Below are positions 57,965-64,000 of a stretch of DNA of 64,000 bases, piece after piece. This DNA comes from an uncultured delta proteobacterium (GTDB taxonomy: Bacteria > Desulfobacterota > Desulfobacteria > Desulfobacterales > Desulfosalsimonadaceae). Position 1 is the first letter of the stretch. Every line of letters begins with the position of its first letter. The stretch covers positions 256,001 through 320,000 of the forward strand of contig CAWGYD010000005.1 of the NCBI GenBank assembly GCA_963826785.1, written 5' to 3'. The position numbers were made by a program, and so were the translations under genes. The notes beneath the pieces are model-generated. The model was given only the letters and a program-made list of their open reading frames with translations. It was not told the origin of the DNA and searched no databases.

Positions 57965-58228
57965 ATGCTTGTAACCATCGATAAAAGAGGCAGTATCAAT
58001 TTGCCAGCTTCCGTTCGGAAGGATTTAGGTATTCGGTCAGGAACCCACCTGGAGCTGACCGTGGCACCCGGCGGGGCCATCACACTTTTTCCGGTTGAAA
58101 TATATCGCAGCATCAAACTCAGCGATGCCGGTTTATTAAAAATTAAAGAGGCCAGAGCATCAGAACCGGCCACATTCCCGGAATGGTTTGACAAGGAACT
58201 TGCCGATGCCGGAACTGATCCCGAATAA
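57965..58228 (+). CDS. AbrB/MazE-type antitoxin
   Basis: IDKRGSINLPASVRKDLGI..G. Confidence 0.85.
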   Translation: MLVTIDKRGSINLPASVRKDLGIRSGTHLELTVAPGGAITLFPVEIYRSIKLSDAGLLKIKEARASEPATFPEWFDKELADAGTDPE

Positions 58229-58508
58229 AAAATTCATCGCTGATCTTGTAAATTTCAAAAAGAATCCGGCATTAATCAAAAAAATTGCCAAATGCTTGAA
58301 GTTTCTGGAAACCAATCCCCTTCATCCGGGGCTGAAAATTGAGCGGATCGCCAATGACCCGAGTGCTTGGTCCGCTCGTGTGGACTTAAAATACCGAATA
58401 TCCTTTGAACCTTCTGCCTTTCGTGAGAATGGTGCGCCGGACTGGACTTTCCCTATAAATCTTTTGCGCATCCTGGAGCATGACGATCTTTACAAAACTC
58501 CTCATTAA
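58206..58508 (+). CDS. RelE/ParE-like toxin
   Basis: NPLHPGL..WSARVDLKYRI..HDDLY. Confidence 0.72.
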   Translation: MPELIPNKKFIADLVNFKKNPALIKKIAKCLKFLETNPLHPGLKIERIANDPSAWSARVDLKYRISFEPSAFRENGAPDWTFPINLLRILEHDDLYKTPH

Positions 58509-58534
58509 ATTCTTTTTTTCAGTCTGATGTCAGA

Positions 58535-58686
58535 ACGCAGCATAATTCGACTTAACCCATCGCATCACCCCAGGTAGCATCCCCCCAACGTCATTCCGGA
58601 GATCTTTTATCCGGAATCCATCTCCTTCATCCGGCATTCCGGCCCGATCCCACAAACATCATGACAACACTGGTACTGGTCACCCA
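58535..58686 (+). repeat. Direct repeat, copy 2 of 51901-52079
   Basis: Near-identical except that the CCCCAGCGAGCAT triplication is absent. Confidence 0.88.
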
Positions 58687-58835
58687 ACAGCATTGCCCGG
58701 CTCCGTTTCACCGGAAGCTCAAAATTTATCTTCCGTTTCTTCTTCCATAGCATTCCATTCCCCCCTCGAGGGAGGCGCCCACATTCCATTCCCCCCTCGA
58801 GGGAGGCGCCCACATTCCATTCCCCCCTCGAGGGG

Positions 58836-59308
58836 CATAGGCGCTAACTTAATGACCGATGCAATATCTTCTAATTTGTCGTTCCTCTTAAGAGCGTCAT
58901 TCCGGCAGTCTTTAAGCCGGAATCCAGGAAGACGAAATGAACAGGCAACCAGCGGTATACATTCTTGCAAATAAAAGAAACGGCACCCTTTATATCGGTG
59001 TGACCTCCGACCTCATCAAGCGAGTTTGGGAACATAGAAACAATTTCGTGGAAGGGTTCACCAAAAAGTATGGAGTCCATTTTTTGGTTTGGTATGAGCT
59101 TCATGGAAGTATGGAATCTGCTATCCAGCCAGAGAAACGATTGAAAGACTGGAAACGAAAGTGGAAAATGCATTTGATTGAGAGAACGAATCCCGATTGG
59201 GAGGATTTGTATCCCGCAATCATTTAAATGGATTCCGGCTAAAAGCCTGCCGGAATGACATAAAGGATGATTACGGGGGGGATATTATGCGTTAAGTTAG
59301 CGCTTATG
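58836..59308 (+). mobile_element. GIY-YIG insertion cassette, copy 5 (473 bp, opposite orientation)
   Basis: CATAGGCGCTAACTTAA ... TTAAGTTAGCGCTTATG. Flanks CCCTCGAGGGG and CCCCTTGAGGG form an imperfect TSD. Confidence 0.9.
58937..59227 (+). CDS. Small GIY-YIG nuclease (96 aa, R-to-P change in AIQPEK)
   Basis: One residue differs from 38186..38476. Flanked by inverted REP hairpins at 58895-58926 and 59229-59259. Confidence 0.9.
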   Translation: MNRQPAVYILANKRNGTLYIGVTSDLIKRVWEHRNNFVEGFTKKYGVHFLVWYELHGSMESAIQPEKRLKDWKRKWKMHLIERTNPDWEDLYPAII

Positions 59309-59514
59309 CCCCTTGAGGGAGGCGCCCACATTCCATTCCCCCCTCGAGGGAGGCGCCCACATTCCATTCCCCCCTCGAGGGGGGCGCCCCACACTCCATT
59401 CCCCCCTAGAGGGAGGCGCCCACAAATCTCCATTCCCCCCTTGAGGGGGGCGCAGGGGGGGTGTCCCCACGCTGGCAATGAACTCCACAACCCATGGGTC
59501 ACGTCCGCAGTCAT

Positions 59515-59915
59515 CGTTTAGCCAGCTTTTATCTGAAGAGAGAATGAAAATCTCATTTTTTATTGATTAAACCCCGAACAGGCGTTTTGAAAACCATACA
59601 ATGCATGCGGAAACTAAAAGAATCAAGGCCTTTGAAAAATGAGGCAACGTTAATTATTATGTGGGCACATTGGTATCAATCAAAGAGGAGAAGAATCGTT
59701 ATGGAAAGGGTCGGCATAAGAGAATTAAAAAGAGTAATATGAGCCGCTATATGAGCAAAATCAGAACGGGGAAAAAAATTATTTTGACGGATCGAAAAAA
59801 GGAAATCGCCATCATAATGCCTCTTTGGGAAAAAGATATAGCTTAAGGCTTCGTTAGGCATATACTAGAATCATAACAAAAAATCGGAAACCTCCCAGGA
59901 GATGCCGGCTGTGAA
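59515..59915 (+). pseudogene. Collapsed relic: hicA fragment, promoter/phd fragment and vapC linker fragment
   Basis: Similar, in order, to ~51761-51870, ~53868-54070 and ~54624-54667. Confidence 0.8.
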
Positions 59916-59916
59916 T

Positions 59917-60105
59917 TATCCGTTTGAATGGGAACAGATTATCATCGAGGCGAGAGAGAAGGATTTGTGGGTGGAGCCGATCACTGTTTCTCGTTTGATC
60001 CGGGAATTTCCAGCAAAGAACATGCAGGCAATCAAGTGGATTAAACCCGTGAACGAAACAAAATTACTGAAACTCCTTGAGACCGTCAGTGATGATATCG
60101 GGATT
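59917..60105 (+). pseudogene. Possible C-terminal fragment of a TA-associated nucleotidyltransferase
   Basis: F.WEQII.EAREKD..IKWI pattern; no N-terminus. Confidence 0.35.
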
Positions 60106-60130
60106 ATCAACCAGTATGGTGAATTTCGCT

Positions 60131-60320
60131 TCAATGATCAGAAAGAAGGACTTTTATCTTGTCTTCCGATATCCAGAGGGTAATGTCGATATCCAGGGTG
60201 GCCTTGGGGTTTCCCCATTTCGCATTGGCCAAGCCGCCAATGACCATGTAATAGACACTGTGATTGTCCAAGACGGCGGTAATATCGCGAAGCGATTTTT
60301 CAAAAACATTTTTATTTCGG
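60131..60320 (-). pseudogene. Truncated nucleotidyltransferase
   Basis: YMVIGGLA..WG.PKATLDID, followed by an early stop. Confidence 0.65.
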
Positions 60321-60533
60321 GCATGCCAGCGCCTTGTGCATTTTAATAATGCCTTCGACATTGATTTCTCTTTGCCTGGCATCCTCCAGAATCAATTCAT
60401 ACAACTCGAAAACTGCGGCAAGGCTCTGATCGTCATCCATCTTGTCCCGGCGGTTTTTCTCCCATTCGTTAAATCGATGGAGCGATTCAAGATATTGTTT
60501 GTATGGGTTTTTGGTGGGGGATTGGTTTTTCAT
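60312..60533 (-). CDS. Small hypothetical protein, likely partner of the downstream nucleotidyltransferase
   Basis: 73-aa ORF overlapping both neighbours. Confidence 0.5.
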   Translation of the reverse strand: MKNQSPTKNPYKQYLESLHRFNEWEKNRRDKMDDDQSLAAVFELYELILEDARQREINVEGIIKMHKALACPK

Positions 60534-60835
60534 GGGGATAGGATATTATACTGATCCCTGGCTCCTTGCAGAATCTCATCACGGAAATAGCGGCTGAGGC
60601 TGTTTGGGGTATTTATGTCTACTCTGCGACCTCCAAAAAGCCTTGAAAGTTCCTGTTCCATATCGAATAGCTCGAAAAAACCAACTCGTGCGCCGGGTTT
60701 AAACTCTACCAATACATCAACGTCGCTGTTTGGCCCAAAGTCTTCTCGTAAAACAGACCCAAAGAATGCGAATCGCCGGATTTTATTCCGTTGGCAAAAA
60801 TCAGCAATTTCCTTTTCCGGTATTTTTATTTGCAT
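60530..60835 (-). CDS. MNT nucleotidyltransferase without an adjacent HEPN gene
   Basis: FFGSVLREDF..SDVDVLVEF..RRVD. Confidence 0.88.
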   Translation of the reverse strand: MQIKIPEKEIADFCQRNKIRRFAFFGSVLREDFGPNSDVDVLVEFKPGARVGFFELFDMEQELSRLFGGRRVDINTPNSLSRYFRDEILQGARDQYNILSP

Positions 60836-60873
60836 ACAAATATCTTCTTTTTATGAGGCAATGGGTTAGGGGA

Positions 60874-61287
60874 TTAAGGGGTGCTGGGTGGTTCGAGTCG
60901 TTTCATCCAGTTCAGGCGATCATAGTGTTTATCATAGGAATATAATTCGTATATTTCCTTTATCCTCATGCTGCAGGCATTATATGCATCGATATAGTCG
61001 ATACGTTTTTCCTCGTAAACGGCAAGCGCATGAAGAATGACTTCTTTATTTTCGCACTCCAGGTTTTCTGTGTTGAGAATCTTTTCGACCTTTTCGCGAA
61101 TGTCTGTTCTTGACAGCTCGTAATAAGATTCAAGAACCCATATAATTTCGGCTATGACCATGTCATTGGTACACAATATTTCTTCTCCGGCAACAGCTTT
61201 CCGGAAAAGCGCTTCGCAGGCATTTGCCTGGTGAGCAACATCGTTAATGAGGAAGCGAAGAAATATGTTGGTGTCAACAAAGCGCAT
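60874..61287 (-). CDS. VapC/PIN toxin
   Basis: FVDTNIFLRFL, AEIIWVL, DYIDAY and SYD. Confidence 0.9.
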   Translation of the reverse strand: MRFVDTNIFLRFLINDVAHQANACEALFRKAVAGEEILCTNDMVIAEIIWVLESYYELSRTDIREKVEKILNTENLECENKEVILHALAVYEEKRIDYIDAYNACSMRIKEIYELYSYDKHYDRLNWMKRLEPPSTP

Positions 61288-61288
61288 T

Positions 61289-61543
61289 TTACTCCTTCCC
61301 TTCGGCGATTTTCTTTGCAATTGCCTTGCGGGCGGATGCACGTATATCTTCGAAGTCGCCGGGTTTGCCTTTTGCCGGTACGCTGCCCTTTAATTCGAGA
61401 ATATCTCCATGGATAGGCCTAAGAATAACCTTCCCGTCTTCGAGCAGGTAAAGCAAGCGATCGTTTGGCTTGATTCTGAGCAATTCCCTAATCTTTTTAG
61501 GAATTGTTGTTTGTCCCTTACTGGTGACGATTGACTGCACCAT
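61289..61543 (-). CDS. AbrB/VapB antitoxin
   Basis: VTSKGQTTIPKKIRE. TTGACA-17-TAAAAT upstream. Confidence 0.9.
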   Translation of the reverse strand: MVQSIVTSKGQTTIPKKIRELLRIKPNDRLLYLLEDGKVILRPIHGDILELKGSVPAKGKPGDFEDIRASARKAIAKKIAEGKE

Positions 61544-61679
61544 GGTGAATCTCCTTATTTATTTTATATGCATTACATTTTAAAGAATGAATTGTTTATT
61601 GTCAAGGGGAGGGAGGAGGATAATGTTTTGGTAATGGGTTATGGGTAATGGGTTATGGGGGGAAGGGGGAAAGGGAGTG

Positions 61680-62072
61680 ATGGGGGAGGGGTTTCGGGGT
61701 CTTCATGTTTGGCAGAAATCGAGGGATTTGGCGGTTGCGGTATATGAACAGACAGATCAAGGGATGTTGAAAAAGGATTTTGGTTTGCGTGATCAGATCA
61801 GGTGATCAGCTGTCAGCGTGCCCAGTAACATCGCGGAGAGTGATGAGCGGGACACGAATAAAGATGCCATCCGATTTTTCTATATGGCAAAAGGATCATT
61901 AGCCGAGTTAAGAACGCAACTTGAAATCGCCCATTTGATAGGCTATATCGAAAAAGATTCTTTTTCCGAATTCGAAAATCGCTGCCAGGAAATCGCCAGA
62001 ATGCTGGGCAGCTTAATAAAAGCAAGAAGCCCCCAAGCTCCTAAAAAAAATTTGCTAACCCATAACCCATAA
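61680..62072 (+). pseudogene. Four-helix-bundle (IVP/TIGR02436-like) gene with an in-frame TGA at 61803
   Basis: FRGLHVWQKS..DFGLRDQIR*SAVSVPSNIAE..AKGSLAELRTQL. Flanked by (TATGGGT)n at ~61630-61660 and (ACCCATA)n at ~62057-62110. Confidence 0.85.
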
Positions 62073-62198
62073 CCCATAACCCATAACCCCTAACCCACTA
62101 ACCCATAACCTGCCGCGAAAGCACCAGCACATCGGCAAATCCATGATGGGGCGGTGCATCGATGATGATCCGATCAAATTTTTCTATATCACTGAAAA

Positions 62199-63731
62199 TC
62201 ATTTATTTCCTTCCGCCTTCCATGGAAGTCCCGAAATCCCGAACGCGATGATATGGGTGATCAGCAGCCAGCCCACTCCCAGAATCAGGATACCGGATAT
62301 GGGATATCCGGAATAGGGGGTTGAAAATTCCGTGAGCATGCTGTTGATGATGGCAATCCCGAGGGCCACCGGGGTGATGAATTTGATGCAGTATTTCCAA
62401 AGCTGCAGGATCACATAATTGAAGATCCGATGCCGGGTCCCGGAAAGTCCCAGCTGGGAGACGATATGGGATTTGAGCTTTTCCGTCCGGTAGAGCCATC
62501 CGATGATGAAGGCCTCTATGATGCCCACGGTGATCAGGCCATAATGGTTGAGGAAATGGTCGACGATATCGAGCCAGTAGAGCCCCGCATGGCTGGTAAA
62601 AAGAAGCGAAAGGCAAAATCCGATGGCGCATATCAGCGTGATGACGATTTTTCGGGAGGTTCCGAACTTGTCGATGGCCGCCGCCGTAAAGGCTTCGATG
62701 ATGGAGATGGAAGAGGAAATCCCGGCGATCATGAGCAGAAAGAAAAACAGCAGTCCGAACAGTCTGCCGAAGGGCAGCAGGGAGATGGCCTGGGGATAGG
62801 CCACAAAGGCCAGACCGATTCCGGACTGAACCGTGTCCCGGATGGGGACACCCTGCTTCAGGGCCATGTAGCCGAGAATGCTGAATACCCCGAGGCCGGC
62901 GAACACCTCATAGGAGCTGTTGGTCAGCGCCACGATGATGCTGTTTTTAAAGATGTTGGCATTCTTGGGAAGATAAGAGGCGTAGGCGATCATGATCCCG
63001 AAGCCCAGGGACAGAGAAAAAAAGATCTGGCCGTAGGCGGCGATCCAGACATTTAAGTTCATGATCTTTGAAAAATCCGGGGTGAGATAGAGCCGGATAC
63101 CGCTTCCAGCCCCCTCCAAAAACATCGACCAGATGATGATAATCAGGGTAATGGCAAACAGCACCGGCATCATGAACTTAACCGCCCGCTCAAGGCCTTT
63201 TTCAACACTCTGAAAGCTTATCCACCAGTTGATGAACCAGACCACGGCCACGCCGCCGACAATGGGCAGGTTCAATCCCCGAAAGTCCCACACGCCTTCG
63301 GATTTGTTCAAAAACGTGGAAAAGAAAAACGTATTGGGATCGCTGCCCCATTTCAGGGTAAACGAAAAGATCACATAATTGAGGCACCAGCCGATGATCA
63401 CGATATAGTAGGCCAGGATGCCGAACATGACGAATACCACCGACCACCATCCCAGCCATTCCCATTTGCTGTCGATCAGGAAAAAGGCTTTGGGCGCCGA
63501 TGCTTCCTTTTTGTGCCCGAGGGCGAATTCAAGCATCAGGATGGGGATGCCGGCTGTGATGAGGGCCACTACATAGGGGATCAGAAATGCGCCGCCGCCG
63601 TTTTCATACGCCACATAGGGAAAGCGCCAGATGTTTCCCAGACCCACGGCTGAACCGATGGCCGCAAACAGAAACCCCGCGCTGCTCCCCCATTGTGGCC
63701 GGCTGTTCTCCTGTCTTTCTTTACTGACCAT
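62199..63731 (-). CDS. Sodium-dependent transporter (NSS/SNF family)
   Basis: GSAVGLGNIWRFPY, GGGAFLIPY and QIFFSLS. Confidence 0.95.
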   Translation of the reverse strand: MVSKERQENSRPQWGSSAGFLFAAIGSAVGLGNIWRFPYVAYENGGGAFLIPYVVALITAGIPILMLEFALGHKKEASAPKAFFLIDSKWEWLGWWSVVFVMFGILAYYIVIIGWCLNYVIFSFTLKWGSDPNTFFFSTFLNKSEGVWDFRGLNLPIVGGVAVVWFINWWISFQSVEKGLERAVKFMMPVLFAITLIIIIWSMFLEGAGSGIRLYLTPDFSKIMNLNVWIAAYGQIFFSLSLGFGIMIAYASYLPKNANIFKNSIIVALTNSSYEVFAGLGVFSILGYMALKQGVPIRDTVQSGIGLAFVAYPQAISLLPFGRLFGLLFFFLLMIAGISSSISIIEAFTAAAIDKFGTSRKIVITLICAIGFCLSLLFTSHAGLYWLDIVDHFLNHYGLITVGIIEAFIIGWLYRTEKLKSHIVSQLGLSGTRHRIFNYVILQLWKYCIKFITPVALGIAIINSMLTEFSTPYSGYPISGILILGVGWLLITHIIAFGISGLPWKAEGNK

Positions 63732-63911
63732 GTGCTGCCTCCCGAAGACATAAAAAGATTACAGATCCATGGCATTTTCATCGTCTGATCGGAAGAATAC
63801 CATATCACTTCTCAGGTGATTTTGCGGCGATTTTTTGCAAGCTTCTCATGAAAGGAACTTAACCCGGTAAAGCGTTTTCCACCCGTTTATCTTTTGATTT
63901 CCCACCGGTCC

Positions 63912-63990
63912 AACACCCCCCCTGCCCCCCCTCAAGGGGGGAATTTGATTGTATATTCAAAGACCAATTCCCCTTTAGGGAGGAATTTGA
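63912..63990. repeat. C/G-rich REP-like palindrome followed by a degenerate unit
   Basis: ACACCCCCCTGCCCCCCTCAAGGGGGGAATTTGATTGTAT, then GGAGGAATTTGATTGTAT. Confidence 0.75.
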
Positions 63991-64000
63991 TTGTATTTCA

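Larger units (their letters stand above)
58750..59464. repeat. 31-bp tandem half-REP array, split by cassette copy 5
   Basis: Units CATTCCATTCCCCCCTCGAGGGAGGCGCCCA on both sides, ending in CCCCCCTTGAGGGGGGCGCAGGGGGGGTGT. Confidence 0.85.

Noticed and set aside
51516..61543. TA island as a classical integron cassette array
   Set aside because: No intI and no convincing paired RYYYAAC/GTTRRRY attC sites by eye; modules occur in both orientations. A formal IntegronFinder run is still advisable.
61803..61805. In-frame TGA as a selenocysteine codon
   Set aside because: The position corresponds to Arg in the family motif (QIRRSA), not Cys. CGA-to-TGA is the simpler explanation.
48724..62072. RT plus Avd-like four-helix bundle read as a diversity-generating retroelement or retron
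   Set aside because: The RT lies inside a complete group II intron with domains V/VI and precise boundaries. No TR/VR pair with adenine-specific mismatches and no msr/msd were seen, and the genes are 11 kb apart.

Overview
This is a 64-kb chromosomal window from a GC-rich anaerobe. Gene content suggests a Desulfobacterota-like organism (inference). The housekeeping backbone comprises: the trailer end of a CRISPR array, a modF-like ABC ATPase, fdhD, metXW, cooS, a YyaL-like protein, a TIGR04282/04283-type glycosyltransferase operon, Grx/FTR, cysQ and sat/cysC, glycan genes, a complete trpEGDCFBA operon with an unannotated Trp-Trp-Trp attenuator peptide, cinA, djlA, pepA and an NSS transporter. 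Layered on this is a nested set of small mobile DNAs. (1) Five copies of a transposase-less cassette with IS186/IS231-like 17-bp ends and 11-bp target duplications. It carries a REP-flanked GIY-YIG nuclease (two copies internally deleted) and always lands in a C-rich palindromic repeat. (2) Six copies of a ~132-bp MITE with AANNTT target duplications that carries a CGTC-tagged hairpin doublet. (3) Two apparently identical 1848-bp group II introns, each inserted at TGA|CG just after one of the MITE hairpins. A ~10-kb toxin-antitoxin island (51.5-61.5 kb) is punctuated by related hairpins and by duplicated gene ends. Other oddities are a signal-peptide-bearing orphan MjaI-like restriction nuclease and a heptamer-flanked four-helix-bundle pseudogene. 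Many conserved genes are frameshifted, probably through assembly indels. All comparisons were made by eye and no database searches were run.
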